This document shows positions 44,864-60,520 of a stretch of 64,000 nt of DNA, piece by piece. The translations under genes and the position numbers were made by a program. The stretch is from contig OZ059896.1 in NCBI GenBank assembly GCA_964057225.1, positions 10,292,001-10,356,000 on the forward strand, read 5' to 3'. Position 1 is the first letter of the stretch, and each line of letters starts with the position of its first letter. Origin of the DNA: Auanema rhodensis (Eukaryota > Animalia > Nematoda). The notes beneath the pieces are model-generated. The model did not search any database. It was given only the letters and a program-made list of their open reading frames with translations, and was not told the DNA's origin.

Positions 44864-47850
44864 ATGTCAGTTCATTCAAAGTTGATAGATATAGCTATTG
44901 ATCCTCAGAAAAGGAGGAGGGTACGATTTTTTGAAATTTCTTTTACGGTTTAAAGAAATTTAATATTATAGGCGCTTCTTGCATGTCTTATAGGAGTTGC
45001 TGGTGCTGCTGTTGCTAATTATGTAGTTTGCTCTAAATGTTCGTTTAATTCAACAAATTTTTAATAATCTAACGTTTTTACTTAGTTCTTCTCATTTAGA
45101 TAAAAATGAATCACGATACTCTTCTCAATCTGAAATTACGGTACAAGAGAAAAAGAGTTCTTCGAAACGGGTTGTTCATCCCGATTTCTTAAAACAATTG
45201 AAATTTCTTTTAAAAATTATGGTTCCTGGAGTCTTTTCTAAAGAAGCTGGAATAATAGGTAAAATATTTAAAAAGAAAAAAGTCGTAACTTTTATTTCCA
45301 AATTATTTCTTTAGGAACACATTCATTTATTCTTATCTGTCGCACATTTCTATCCATTTATGTTGCTGGATTAGAAGCCCGAATAGTTAAAGCAATTGTA
45401 CAAAGAGTATTGAAAAAATTAAAAAAGAAAACTTAAATTAAATTTATAATTACTAGAATATTAACAAGTTTGTATGGCTGCTTTTCACATGGTTGGCTGT
45501 TGCTCTACCAGCTACATTTATAAATAGTATGATTCGATTTTTCGAAAGCTATTTAGGATTAGCATTTCGATCAAAATTAACTCAGTATGCTTATAAACAG
45601 TACTTTTCTGTGAGTATAATATTCAAACAAGGTTATTATTGATGATATTAAGGATCAAACTTACTACGCTGTTTCAAATCTTGATACTCGCTTGCAAAAT
45701 GCCGATCAGTGTCTAACTGAAGATATCACTATGTTCTCTCAAAGTGTTGCTCATTTATATTCTCATTTAACGAAACCAGTACTAGATATTTTATTAATTT
45801 CGTAAGTTTTAAATATTTATATTTTTAAATATATTATAATTCATCATAGTGTTACTCTCATAACATTAGCTCATAAACGCGGAGCTGGTACCAAAGTTAT
45901 AATACCCATGCTGTTAGCATTTATAACTGTATCAGGTACAGCTAGAATTTTGAAAGCTGTATCTCCCAGGTAATTTAAGAAATATGCCTCAGCTTCTTAT
46001 ATTATATTAAACAGATTTGGATCCATGGTAGCTGAAGAAGCGAAACGCAAAGGTTTTCTTCGTTATCTTCATTCGCGCATTATCACTAATTCTGAAGAAA
46101 TAGCATTCTATGGAGGACATGAGGTACTATTGAATGATTGGAATAATAAAAATGCGCACTATTTAAGGCTGAATATAAACAACTATCAAAAGCATATGAT
46201 GATCTTAAAGATCAAACAACAACCATATTTTCCAAAAAGATTTTGTATATAATGGTTGAGCAATTTTTGATGAAATATGTTTGGTCTGGATCTGGAATGA
46301 TAATGATTGCGTTGCCAATTATTTCAGCAGAATATTCAAACAATACTAGTACATAATGATATATATATATGTATTATCTAATCGATTTATTTAGAAGACA
46401 AACGACTAGATGATGAGCCAGACGGTGGAGTGTCTGAAAGAACTCGTGGCTTCACTCAAGCCAAACAGTTACTTTATTCATCAGCTGATGCAACTGAGCG
46501 TTTAATGACATCTTTTAAGGAAGTGCGTTTATACATTTGAACATTTTTGTTGTTTAAAAAATATTTTTATTTGAAGGTAACTGAGTTAGCCGGCTATACA
46601 TCCCGAGTTTATGAAATGTTTAAAGTATTTGATGATGCTAAGAAAGGGTTGTACAAACGTACAATGCTAACAGGTTCTGATGCTCGTGGCGGAAAGAGAG
46701 GAGAACGCTTTGATACATCTCATATCTCAGGTTTTCAAACAGTAAAACAGAGCAGTTCTATATTTTCTTTAGGAATCGTGGAAGATTCAACTGATGATAG
46801 TATTACATTGACAGAAGTACCTATCGTCACTCCTAATGGTGATGTAGTAGTTCAAAAAATGTCAATTTCGGTATATTTATTTGGAATGTTTCAAATATAC
46901 TATTAATCAATTATTTATAGATCACTCCACAAATGCATGTTTTGATAACTGGTCCTAATGGATGTGGTAAGAGTTCCCTATTTCGTATCCTTGGAGGTCT
47001 TTGGCCTGTGTATAGAGGACATCTTCAAAAGCCAAGAACTGACAGGTATATGAGCAATACAATGAATAACAAATAAACTAAAAAATAATATTTAGAATGT
47101 ATTATATACCTCAAAGACCTTATATGACACTAGGAACATTAAGAGATCAAGTATGTTATATAAGAAATCTAAAATAATTAATTAACTTTTGTGTTTTTTT
47201 TTCAGGTCATTTATCCAGACACTATACATCAAATGCATAAAAAAGGATTCACCGATAATCATTTGAAGGATATTCTTTCAATTGTTCATTTATCTCATAT
47301 TGAGAAAAGAGAAGGAGGTATATAACTATGATGTTGAATTCATATAGTATTATAATAATTAAAGGATGGAATGCGCGTAATGATTGGATGGACGTATTAT
47401 CTGGAGGGGAAAAACAACGTATGGGACTTGCTCGTGTATTCTATCATAAGTATTCTACACAGAGATTTTTGATTTTGCAAAACTTTTAATTTTAGGCCAC
47501 AATATGCTCTTTTGGATGAATGTACTTCAGCTGTTTCTATTGATGTTGAAGGAAACATTTATCAAGCTATCAAAGATGCTGGAATCACTCTATTCACTGT
47601 TACACATCGTCCTAGTCTATGGTTTGTTCCGGAAACATTTTGTATTCATAAAATTGTTTTGTTTAGGAAGTTCCATACTCATCTCCTTCAATATGATGGT
47701 GAAGGCGGATATAAGCTTACTAGCTTATCTGAAGCAACTGGTGATATTATGTCCCTAGCGGATGAGAAACGACAGCTTGAAGATAAATTAGAAGAAGTTG
47801 AACAATGGCAAAAACGATTAAATGAACTCAAAGAAGTAAAAAATTTATAA
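44864..47850 (+). CDS. pmp-4: Peroxisomal ABCD half-transporter (ABCD1/2 ortholog)
   Basis: [19 protein letters not shown] (EAA motif), Walker [24 protein letters not shown], Walker [15 protein letters not shown]. Confidence 0.93.
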
Positions 47851-48354
47851 TTTATATATATATCATAACTATATATTATAGATATTAGGAGATGGAACAG
47901 ATGACCATATTGTGGATTCAGAATAAATCTCTTTAGATATACAATTAAGACAGCGTTGACGTTTTTAAGTGAAATCTTCTCTGTGCCATGCATTCTGATG
48001 TCATCCTCGTACCAGATCTAGTCATTTTCTTTTTTTTTGTGTTTCTTGTAATCGGGTAAACTTTCATCATATGCTATTGTATATAGAGCATATATTTATT
48101 TATTTAGATTTTATTATATGAATGTTTTATTATTTATCAATATTAATAGAAGTGAATAAGTTACATATATAATTCAATCTTTATACAATCGAAAGTATCT
48201 TCATCTTTCTCTTTTTCAGATAAAATTAACCCTAGTAAAACATTAAAACAATTTAAAATATCTCTTATAAAATGCAAAGCGTTGTCAATAATGGCGTATA
48301 TATGAATAGAATATATGATAAGAGATCACAATTTTAAATAAAAGACATGAGAAT

Positions 48355-51300
48355 TCATAGATGGGTTTGGTTGGTTTCTTCCACTAATTTCATACTCTGC
48401 TCCGATTCCGAGTACATCATAGTTGTTGTTTTATCTTTTGAATGAAGTTGAACTATGTTCTTTTGTTCAGTTACAGCGACTTGGGAACGGCAAACATCAC
48501 ATATAGCACGTGTTCTGCTATTTCCGTTTCTTCTATAAATATTTTAAATAATTCAACAAAGAAATATAATTTTTGACCATTTTTGTCTAATTGCATGATT
48601 TGTTATATACATTTGTATTTATATTGTTCTCCAAAAAAAATGTTAATAAGCATTGATAAACATATGCTGATAGTTAGAGCTTGAAATTAGCATATAAATA
48701 TAGGCATAATTTCATATGCTAATGAACCGACCGAAAAACGATTGTCACTTGTGTTCCTTGTTTTTCAAAGCTTACAGTATTTGTCTAATTTTATCTTTTC
48801 TTTGGTTCATAAATGGACTTACATCGATGGGTTAAGCCTGCTACCGTTTTCTCGACTACTAACCAATGTCACGCTCATGTGATCATCTCCATTTTCTAAT
48901 AACTTCATCTATAATAATAATAATAATAAGTATATATATCATAATTTTGAAGTATAAAGTTTGAAGAAGAAAAATCTTATAAACATACTTGTAATTGTGT
49001 ATTTAGTAAGCCATACAGAATCCAATTAATTGATGTTCCGAAATATGGCATTAAGTGTATAGCAAAAATCATAAATACTACGTAATCATGCGGATTATGA
49101 GGAACATCTAACACAGACATTATAATTGCATAAAGAACTGAGAACCTTAAACGTAGAATTTTAATAAAATTATTTGTTTTTGAATTTTCAAACCAATAAG
49201 GCGTCCAACAAATAAAATAAATAAATGCAATCATTAATGTATAAATTACAATTCGTCTAACTGGGATTGCTGATTTAGGTAAAACTCTATAATAAATAAT
49301 ATAAAATTATAAGAATATTGTATAAATGAAACATACTTGGTATGAGCATATATTTTACTGATTAGTCGTAAATTGAAAAAAACAATTAAGATTAACGGAA
49401 CCATATATGCTAAGACAAACGTGCTATAATAGTAATTATTAAAGTTGATATACAAGATTGATAACATACGAGCATGTGAACCAGTAAAACACATTTGTTG
49501 GAAGCTGATCAGTACACTTGAATACACGAACTCTTGTGACATTATTACTATTAGTCGTTTTAAGTTCATGCAAAACGATTTCTTTTGGAGCTGCATAGAT
49601 CAGCATTGGCAATAATAAGATGAATGATATTAGACAAACACCTATAATATAATATAATAATATATATATATATATATATATAATACTTTATTATTTTATA
49701 ATACAAAAAGCATTTAGCTTAAAATTTTAATTTTTTGGTTTCTTTACAATAGTAAGTATTCTATTATAGATTAGTAGACTTGTTGACTTTTTGGTTTTTT
49801 GGTTTTCAATTAATATAAAGATTTTTCATAAATCTATTTTTGATCATTCTTTAAATAAATTATTATTTACTAATTTTTTAGTATATGTATATATAAATAT
49901 ATAATATTACCCATGATTTTTGTTGAAATTTTGTTAAAACTTTCTAGAATTTAGTTAAATTTGTATTTTCCTAAACATATGTATGTGTACATATATATAT
50001 GAATATGTTCTTATACATATATCAACATTTTGAAGTTGTTCCTCATATAGACAATGCTTAAACTCTTACATGTTATGACAGTCAGAACAAACTTCCGGCT
50101 TCGAAGTCTGTGGTGATGTGGAAGACATACTGCTACATAACGATCAAATGACATTGATGTTATGAGAAAAGTTGAAACTATTCGACCAACACTTCCACAT
50201 ACATGATGTAGCTTACACATCCATGTACCAAATACCCAAAAACCAATCACGCTATCCTATAATATTAATATTTCTTCTAAAATATTTATAAACCGGATAT
50301 TTAATTCAATTTATCATAGGAAAAAAGCAGCTTTGTTAGAATTGCTGTCACCAACCCTCTTAAAATTCGCGTAAAGTTTTGCCAAGTATACTCATGACAC
50401 TCTAAATACAGGACTGGAGGTTTACCTCCTGCTGTATCAAGTGAATTGTAAAATAAGTAGTTTTAGATGGCAAAATTTGGTGGCAGCAAAAGGCAAAAAG
50501 TTCAAAAAACTAACTATTATAGCAGGTGGTAAGCTCAAGCTGACTAAAAAGTCGCATATACATAATGCTGCAATATATAGAATGGCATTATCACCCGATC
50601 GTTTGGATCTATCTGATATTCCTGCAATAAAAAACATAATTAAGATTCACAATATAAAATAAAACATACGTTTTCTTTCTTGCATTACACCGCGTATTAT
50701 AGTTAATATTGAAGCATTGCCACATACTCCAACAATAAAACACAGGATAAAGACTGTTACAACAACTAAAACCCTTGGTTGAAGATCCTATAAGAAGAGA
50801 TTTGCAGCAAGGGTATGTGAACGAAACATTTGAAATTTGAAATAAAAATATAATTATAATAATCTTGTTAAGATATATACTATTTTTATACTTATCTATA
50901 TTTGAAACAGAGACTATATTATTTTGCTAGAATCTTGATAAGTATTGTCTCCATGATTGATGATGTAGTTCGTTAGGACATATACTGCCAATCAGAATTT
51001 AGGATTGAATAGACTTGAATGAAAAGCAGCAGGTCTTGGGAAAAAAAGCAAAATACAAAGTTAGATATTACGGAATTATGAGAGAGAAAAATAAAATGAA
51101 GGAATGAAGTTATGAATGCCAGCGATATATAAATATAGGAAAAAGAAAAAACAAGAAGGAGCATAGTTCCTAGTTCCAACACATATCAGAACACGCACTT
51201 TTTTGTTTTCACGTCAACAAAACAACAATAAGCATAAATAGAAGATACTAGCTTATAATATATAAATACTTTCTGTCCGTTATTGCTTTTTTTCTTTCTT

Positions 51301-51377
51301 TTTTAAAGACAATGAATAAGAAATATTTGAAAGATAGCGTTTTTGAGTATGTTTTTAAAGATTTATAAGATATATGT

Positions 51378-51408
<31 letters not shown>

Positions 51409-52118
51409 AGGAAAATCATGTCATTTACTTGTCTTAGAAGCTATCATGTGAAAGAGCTTTACTCATAATAGTTAATCTTTCCTCTACTTCTATTAACCTT
51501 GATAAAACATTTAAAGTTTCCATTTATTCATGAGTAAATCACGATAGCTTCAGGCTGTTTCTATTTATAAGTACATTTTTAAAACAAAAATTAATAATTA
51601 TATTAAATTTAATTTGAAAACCAATTAAAATCTATATTTTCTAATTGTCTATATCTCAATAACTGTCTTATATTCTAAACAATATACAGTTATTTCGAAA
51701 TTCTTCATTTGTCTATATCGACTAACAAAAAGCAATCTAATTCAGCCAATAATTAAAGGTTGGATTATGCACACAATAGGATTTCCGATTTCTCAAATCA
51801 CCCTCTCTATTCATCATCAGTTCTGGCAAAACAATAGTAATAATAATTCAAAGTCATATAAAATTGGCAAAGATTCCAAAAAAGAATATAATGAAACTTC
51901 AAAAAGTAAAGTTGCATCTAAATAACTTAATATGCATTAATAAAACAATATAATTCATATATTAAATACATATGTTATAGTAGATTATGAAGTATTTTAA
52001 ATTAAAAAGAAAAATTAATTTTATAGTTAATTATATTAATTATATAAAATATTATATTAATTACCTGTATAGGAGGATATACATTACGAACTTGATAAAC
52101 CTCTCCACTTGGCTGCAT
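48355..52118 (-). CDS. Class A neuropeptide GPCR (somatostatin/allatostatin-C receptor-like; npr-26-like by synteny)
   Basis: First exon MQPSGEVYQVRNVYPPIQ (52065-52118) splices in frame to DLQPRVLVVV...GVCGN; also FWVFGTWMCK, MSFDRYVAVC, FICWTPYW, SINWILYG. Confidence 0.85.
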
Positions 52119-52661
52119 ACACCTATAATAAATATTATTTTATATATTCTTTGTTAGAAAAGATAAAACGATTCATTAGCTATTTCATTTCCTGTTCATC
52201 TTTAAGATATGCTTTCTATTGTAATATTTACAGAATTAATTTCTTTGTTGGTACTTTGTTTTCAAAGAAATATGGTTTGTTTGTTTCTTTTCTTTTCTCA
52301 AAAAAAAAAAAAAAAAAAACAAGAAGGACATGAGTATGTTGATATCTTGACAAGTTGTTGTTATTTAATTGAGAAAAAGTATGGGATAATAAAATCCAGG
52401 AAGTTTAGAAGCATCATTTATCAAATGACACGATTCAATAATCAAGTTTGAACTATTTTGCACATCGTAAGTTCATCGTTTTGTTTTTTAACTTGAAAAC
52501 GTTTTTGTTCAAATTTCTCAACTAGAAAAAAGAGCTAAGATTAAATTTAAGGTAAAAAAAGTATTCAAAAAAGAACACTACATCTAATTAGTACGCTAGA
52601 AGATTGTCTATTCTTCAATTCAATTTTCAAAATTTTCACAAAAAAAAAAAACTTCATTTTT

Positions 52662-52708
52662 AACGTGTGTTGTTTCCAACAAAGCAACGTGTGTTGTTTC
52701 CAACAAAG
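52662..52708. repeat. Perfect direct tandem duplication (24 bp period)
   Basis: aacgtgtgttgtttccaacaaag occurs at 52662 and 52686. Confidence 0.9.
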
Positions 52709-53723
52709 TTGTGAATATGTATGTATGTACGTTCAATAATACATGCTCAAATGCGAGGAAAAAGTAGATCTACTAGTTACAAATTATATGTGAAGGATGT
52801 TACAAGATGTATGTAAAGAAAACATTTTGGTATAAGAAAATCTTTAATAACTTACTCAAGAATTCCATCTGGTGGATATCCCTTCGCTCCTTTACAATTA
52901 TCCATCTCAATAGGAGTCATAGACATCCTATTCCTTGATAGAAATGGGTAACTGAAAATATTCCAAAAAATATTTATATTTAAAATAAATTTCATAAAAA
53001 ATATGTATATAAATAAATGAGAATAAAAAATATCTCTATTTAACTATTTTTAATTTAAAAAACGCATATTTTGCTAAATTAAGGAAGTGCCATTTACATG
53101 TGTATTGTGGCTATTCATGAGATACACAAGTTTAAGAAAATCCTTGTATACTAAACGAAACGTAAAACCTTGTTAATCATTTACTATATAAATAAAAAGA
53201 AAAAAAAATATATAAAAGAAATAAGGAGAATTTATATGTTTTCTTCTCAAGAACTATACTTTACAACAATAAGTCAAAGTAATATCATATAATACAATTG
53301 TCGTCAGTCAGGAAACTTGATATGTATGGTAGCAATTTGAAATAGTTTATGTACTATATGTAGGTGTAGAAGCATAGATATATATACTACTAACTATATA
53401 AGATTAAAATGAATTCTAATTAATCCATAGACTTTTGATTATAATATTACAATAGATAAAATTTTGCTTAGAGAAGAATAAGAAGAAATTTTTTTATAAA
53501 ATTGAATAAAAAATTTTCTAAATAAATTTTTGAAACTTTTTTCCGAACAGCAAAAAAAAAAAACTACGAAGGAGGAAAATGAAAATGAAGAAATCTCCGC
53601 CCGTTTACTTACCCCGCCTTGTCAGATGAGTGCCAGCAAGCAAAAAAAATATAAAGAGAGGGTAAGAGATAGAGAGCTAGATAGGCAGAAAAGAGGAGAT
53701 AAAAGGAGAGAAGAATGAGAAGG

Positions 53724-53742
53724 ATATATACATATATATATA

Positions 53743-53793
<51 letters not shown>
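53724..53793. repeat. (TA)n microsatellite next to a GA-rich tract
   Basis: Long TA run. Other simple repeats at about 49660, 51390, 55005 (ATAG)n and 59690. Confidence 0.9.
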
Positions 53794-53794
<1 letters not shown>

Positions 53795-56700
53795 CAGGGT
53801 CATTTGGCTTATAAAACTTCAATACTTACTTTACCCTATAACCTTCTATCACTCTCACTATGCTCTAACTGAAAATTAAAATTACTTATGTGTGTGCATT
53901 CGTAATGGTATGTTAAACTAAGAACTCTTAGTACTAATCAATCTTCATTTCAAGATTTCATTATATTTTCCATGCAATGTATGCTAACTCATACTTCGTT
54001 GCAACTTTGAGAATATGCTATTGGAAGTAAGAAAACATAAATCGCATAATTGCATCAGGTATACTACGTGTATAATAAAAATGATATAAATAGATATGTC
54101 ATTTGAAGTATTTTATGTCCTTTACTGAATATATTAAGAAGAAAAAGAGAAACTTAAAGAGAATATCTTGACACGTAACACTTCTTTTTTTTCCTTAAAA
54201 TTCTAAAAAAGTTGTCTATAGCTTTTCTAGTATTGTGGCTATTCCTTTTTTCCTCTCAAACGCATCTAGAATAAAAGAAATCTGCAATTTAAAACAACAA
54301 AACACATCTTTAGATCAATCTAACATTCACCAATAGTTTAGGTTCTACAATATTTCCTAGAATTTGCGATATTTTTAAAATCATTGAAAAAAGTGTAAAA
54401 TAACAAAAAAATACTGAATGAAATTCATGAATTGAGCCATTTTAACATAATGTTTCAAAAAAAAAGAGAAGCACATGTTTTTTGGAACAAGGAAACTTTA
54501 AGTTCGTTGTGAAGGAACTAAGTTTCACTTTTTTTTTTTGAAAATAAAAAGTATGAAAATTCTCAACAAGCTAGAGTATTTTAATGAAACTAATGTTTTT
54601 CAAATTGGCCAATTTCATCCATATATAAGAGTAGAAAGAAAACATCAAAAATAATAATTATATTATATTAAATGATTAAGATTGTAAATCTTATGATATA
54701 TCTTCAATGAACATTTAATAAGTTTATATAATATGTATTATAATACTAATAGATAATAATCTTAATACGTTGATATATAATATTTCATGAAAAGAGAACA
54801 ATTGCTTTAAAGAGTAGTAGAAACCTTGATTTGAAAAGAATTTCGTTGCCTCAAGATAGATTTTCAAGCAATTATTAATATGAGGAAAATGTGCCAAACT
54901 TTCAAATGAATAAAAAAGAAAAAGGAAAGCATAGTACATTTTAGAATTTTTACTTTTAATCAACGTCTTTTATGAACAAAAGGTAAATTTTCTTTAATAT
55001 ATATAGATAGATAGATAGATAGATAGATATGAATATCTTGTGTATGTGTGTGTGTATACATGTGTATGTGTATGTATGTGAGTATTAAAATGATAAAATA
55101 AAATAAAATTGCTATTAAAGAAAAAGAATATAATCCTATAGAATAAATATAAGTTAGAAGATGTTACCTACATATATCTAAACATAAAAATATGATGAAA
55201 ACGAGAAGACAGAGCAAAACTTGCTCTAGAACAAGAATGAGAAGAGAGTATCATAATATAATATATGTATATGTAAATTATAAGAATAAAAATATGAAAT
55301 TTGTTTTGTAAAAATAAAATTTCTTTTGAAATAATGAACTAATTACTAGAATTTACCATTTATAATATATTAATATGATGAAAAATGAACAAGGAAGAAA
55401 GTGTGAATTATAAATTAAACTGGGATTTTTCATTTCTTGGTAAAAATTTCAGCTTCGAAATTGCAATTAGGCTGGATCTTTGAACGGCATATATGATGTT
55501 AGAAAGCATAAAGATTGGATTGACGATAAATTTGTTTTTACTTCATTTTATCTATTATTCATGTAACGTCCTTATATTTCTGGATATACAAGACTGTTCA
55601 TTGATATGAACTTGAGTAGAGCAAATTGAGGATAAGAAGGAATGTTAGAAGTAGAAAGTTTAAGTAGTTGGCGAAAGACAACGACAAAAAGTAAGATTAA
55701 AATGTGAAAGCAGCAGAAGAAAGAGAAGCTGAGATGTAGTGATGAACGGTTTCCCGACGTCATTAGGATTTAAACTGAATTTCATATTTATCTATAGGGA
55801 GGATTCAATAGCTAGAAACTGATAAATAAGAAAATGAAAGGGAGAACAGTAGCAAACATATGTTAGGTGTGGATGCAAGTGTTGATCCAAATGATTAGGC
55901 GGTTTTAAAATATTTATTGAATAATATAGAAGAACGAAATAGATACATCTCATCATTCTTGATACTTGATATGTTATTTTGAGGAAAAAAAAAAGTAAAA
56001 ATTAATAAAAGTATATATTTAGAAAATATATTTATCTATTTAATAATAGATATTATGCTTCTTCTCTTTTTTTTTAATGTTGCGTCGTTATTTTTCTGAA
56101 ACTCGCTACAATGGTGTTTGAATATTATCTAAATTGAAGTATGAAGCTTCGTGCGGGAGGGTGTGGTGGGAGGTTTGGAAAAAAAAAGTTATTCAATTAT
56201 TAAAACGGTTGCTGTATATAATTGTGTGTAATTAAGAATTTTTTCGAATATTGTTAAATATTTTATCGAAAAAAAAAACTTTTTTCATATTACATTGCTA
56301 GATCTATCGTCTATACATATATTATGTAGTTGAGTTGTTTTATTAAAATATTAGTAAGAAATACATGGAAAATGGTAGAAAATTAATAAATAATACTTAT
56401 ATAAGTTATAAATATATATTATAAACAATATATGTACCTTTCAATTACTTTAAAAAGATTGTTTTCCAATAATAATCATTGAATTGAATATGAACGACAA
56501 GATAGTTTCAATTCTTTATCACGAATGCGTATGTTCTATAGATATTTCTGTTGAAACTAACTACACTCAACGTCAAATATTGAACTTTAGCTTTTGGAAA
56601 ATATTTTTAATTTGGTCAGCAGCTTAATATCATGTAACTATGCTATATATCATTAGAGGACGACATACTATTTGTCAGTCAATTAAACTGAATCTAAAGA

Positions 56701-59686
56701 CCAACTGGATTTCGTTTATGTCAAACAATGAAATATAGTAAGAATATTTAGTAATAAAATACATACTGATGTATGTATAAGTATAATTGAAACACAAAAA
56801 CAAATAAGAAATAGTTTCACAGAGTTAATTGTGATTTCAATTCTTCCAACAATGTGAGAAGCATTTCTATATATCCATATACATGTATATGTTTTTTGTT
56901 TGAAATTCTATCAAACTATTTTTAACTGCTTCAGACCAAAAGATATAAGATCATATACATGTAGTACATATATAAATATAATAATAATAAATTTATATTA
57001 TATTTATTATATATGTATCTCATGAAACTACACATAACCACTGCAACTGTCGAACATTTAAATCAGTTTTTTTTCATATTGATAAATGTAGGAAATACTA
57101 CGTATTTTGAAATTTGAGCTCATGTATTCACATAAGAAAAAAATATTTCATGCATGTAGCTGGATGAGATACAATATAATTAAGTAAACTCATGAGATTG
57201 TAAAATGGAACTTCTCAGATATCAATCTTGATATGCAAGTAGCAATTTCAATTTCATCTCATTTTTTTTCGCTTTTTAACTGTAGTTTTAGAATTGAAAA
57301 TTGTAGTATATTCATTGTATATTATTATTTATTTTTAAAACTTTAAAAAAATACTCTGATTTATATAAGAACTACGAGATAAAAAACAATAATACACTAT
57401 ATAATTTCGCAGAATGTTCTACGAGTGCATAAGTGAAAAGTGAAAAATAAAAGATTCTCTTAGCTTAGATTTAAAATATTGCGTATAACTATATACATAA
57501 AAAGAAAAAAAAACAGTAAGAACTGAGATAAATTGGTTTCAATTTCAGTTTTTTTTTAGTTTTTTTCATTATTAAAAGTAAAATTAGTTTATGTGTAGAA
57601 AGTATTTGTTGAAACTATTTATTGCGAATAATACGTAGCTGAGTGAACAGCCTAATGATGTTCTTCTTGAAGCGTAAAAGTATTCGGAACAAAGAAGGAA
57701 GTTTAATGTAAATTTGTTTTGATGTTATCAATTATTTATAAAATAATAGAATTGAAAATAAAGATCACATAAAATAGAAAAGATGTGGATACTATTGTTG
57801 ATTGAGTTTCTAGTTAAGGATCTTTTAATTTCAATAACATTTGTTTAAGTAAAAAATGTAAAAAATACAAAAATTTTAAAGAGGAAAGCATTTATATCCA
57901 TATATGTATATATGAATATATGTAATCTTTAAGAACAAATAGACTCAAAATAAAAAATTTGTCAACTTTTTCTTTAAATTTTAAGAAAAATGTAAAAGTT
58001 ATTGTACATAACTGTATATATAATATATTATATATAATATATTATATATATTTTTATATAAGAATGCACATAGGCTTTACTGATGGTAAAATGGCTTTTG
58101 CTATTTTTTTTGGCATGAAAACAAAGTGGTTTAGCTTTCCAGTGGTAATTACAAGTTAGTCAACTAAATCTAAACAGCTGAACGCACAAAATTTCGAAGT
58201 AAAATTACTTGGACATCTCTCTAGATTAGCTTTAGGATGAAAGAGTAAGATGTATGAAACACAATGATAAGAATATTTATTTGATTGTAAGATATTTATA
58301 GATCAAATTAATGAAAAGAAAGTTTCAAATATTATATTTCTTTTTTCTTTTCTTTTTTTTATATTAATATTTTTAGAAATATTAAAGATATTAAAGAAAT
58401 CCTTCATAAATTACAACAAAAAAATGTTTGAATCATATTAAAAGGTTATTAAAAGGCTTATGTTTAAACTTGAAAACTTCTTCACGATATTAAAAAACAT
58501 TTTTTTTAATATTTGTAAATTTAATATCATAATAATGACATTAACACAAAAAAAAACATCATTTTATTTTTAAATTTAATAATAAAAATATTCTTATTTT
58601 TGTGAAAGCTGAAATTGTGGAAATTATATGTATACATAAATACATAGTATATATATATACAACGTTTATATATTATAAAACAACAAAAAATGTATTTTAT
58701 ATTGAAGAAACTACATTGAGGCTTTGCAATACTAAATATTCTGATAGGCTAGAATACCCATTGCATTTACATTTCATACATACATATATCTATGTAACTA
58801 TTTCCTATTTCAATAAAACCTATAATCTAGCTTCAAGATAATATTCAAAGGTGAATGAAGGATAAGGTTAAATTGAGAGAATAAGAGAAAATTGAAAAGA
58901 TCATTGAGATGTTTTAAATACAATATCATCTTGAATAATTGAAATCATTCTTTCCTTTCTCTTCTCATTGTCGTTGTTTCTCTTTATTTTCTGATCTTTC
59001 ATTTCATTCATATTTCATCCTTTAATCTTTTTTTTGTTTCCATTTTTCTAATCAAAAAAAAGAAAGAAACTTATAATATGATGAAAAACATATATATTCT
59101 CCTTTTTTTTCATGTCATAGTTCAATTTTTCAAGATATGAATAATTTTTTATAGTTTGAAATAAAAGTTGAGCAGAATAATAATTAAATTATAATTAATC
59201 CAAATTTACTTATTTATAACTTTCTCTTTTTGAATGTCACATGAATAATATGTGGAGCCTAATAGCTTGAAAAAAGCTCATGAAAATGTTCCAAATACAA
59301 GAAAAAATTATGAAAACTGATTTGACCATTTTTAATTTTTCATATCAATTTATGCTTTCGATGGAATATATAATTAAGAATAATACATGATTCAACATGT
59401 ATTAAGTATTTTTGCTTAAGAACAAGTTCAATATCTCATATTGATACATCTCAGATATTTGATAAAGGTATGGTCATAATAAATATTTTGTTATGAATAT
59501 TATTATAATAAGAATGACTGTTTGTATATATGTTGAAACCATGGGAAAATTAAACTTTTTTTTCAAGAAAATATAAAAAATAATTAATGTTGAGAAAAAT
59601 ATTTAAAACAGTAAATCGAGATAGTAATAAGAAAGTTGAAGGCGTATCATGAGTAAAAACATTTGATACATGAAAAAAGAGAATAT

Positions 59687-59730
<44 letters not shown>

Positions 59731-60520
59731 GTCATATAAATGATATACTATAATATTAGCAAGAGAAACAACTTTTTCTTTTGAAAAAAATAACTATGTT
59801 AGAATAGCTTATAAATAAAGAAATTGAAAACTTTCACATTCAAGGAATATACATACTTACATACATATGTCAGCAGAAGAAATTGGTTTTTCATTTTAAT
59901 TTGTAATTACATTTAAGAAGAGAAACCTCTAAGTTTTAATCGTCATAATAGAAATCTTAAAATACATAAAAACAAGAAAAAAGGATTAACTGTTAAAAGA
60001 TTATTAATTATATTTAAATATACGTATATGTGTATATATATCTATCTACTATATAACTTATATGTATGTTTAGAGAACAAACTTTAAAACATTTTCAATT
60101 GATATCGTTCGTTTTCCAAAAAAAAATCCCAATCTTATACCTTCTTTATACAAATTGTTATTTTTCAATAATTTTAATAGTTCATGAACTTTGTTGTCTG
60201 AACTAAAATGAACACATACTATATCACTATTACTACTGAATATATTTCTTTAAAATCCGAGCTTAAAGAAAGAAAAACTTACTTTTTCATTGTAGTTATA
60301 TCAACACGGAGTGATTCTCGAAGCCAGTTACCAAAGTCAACCACGAGAGCCATACAATCTCCTAAGTTAAATCTTCAATTTACTGTTATTTCAAAGAAAG
60401 ATTCTAAAGTTCTAACATATTAATCTTTCATATTAATCTATGTATTGGAAAAGGATGAAACAGGAAAGTATAACATAATTCTAAATCATATATTATATAC
60501 AACATTGCACAACTAAGAAT

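Noticed and set aside
53530-59735. ORF-track ORFs in the non-coding stretch (YIYIYI-type, Lys- or Phe-rich)
   Set aside because: They are translations of microsatellites and AT-rich sequence with no splice-consistent gene model.
50903-60465. piRNA Ruby motif CTGTTTCA (minus-strand copies near 50903 and 60457)
   Set aside because: Only isolated copies, not a cluster.
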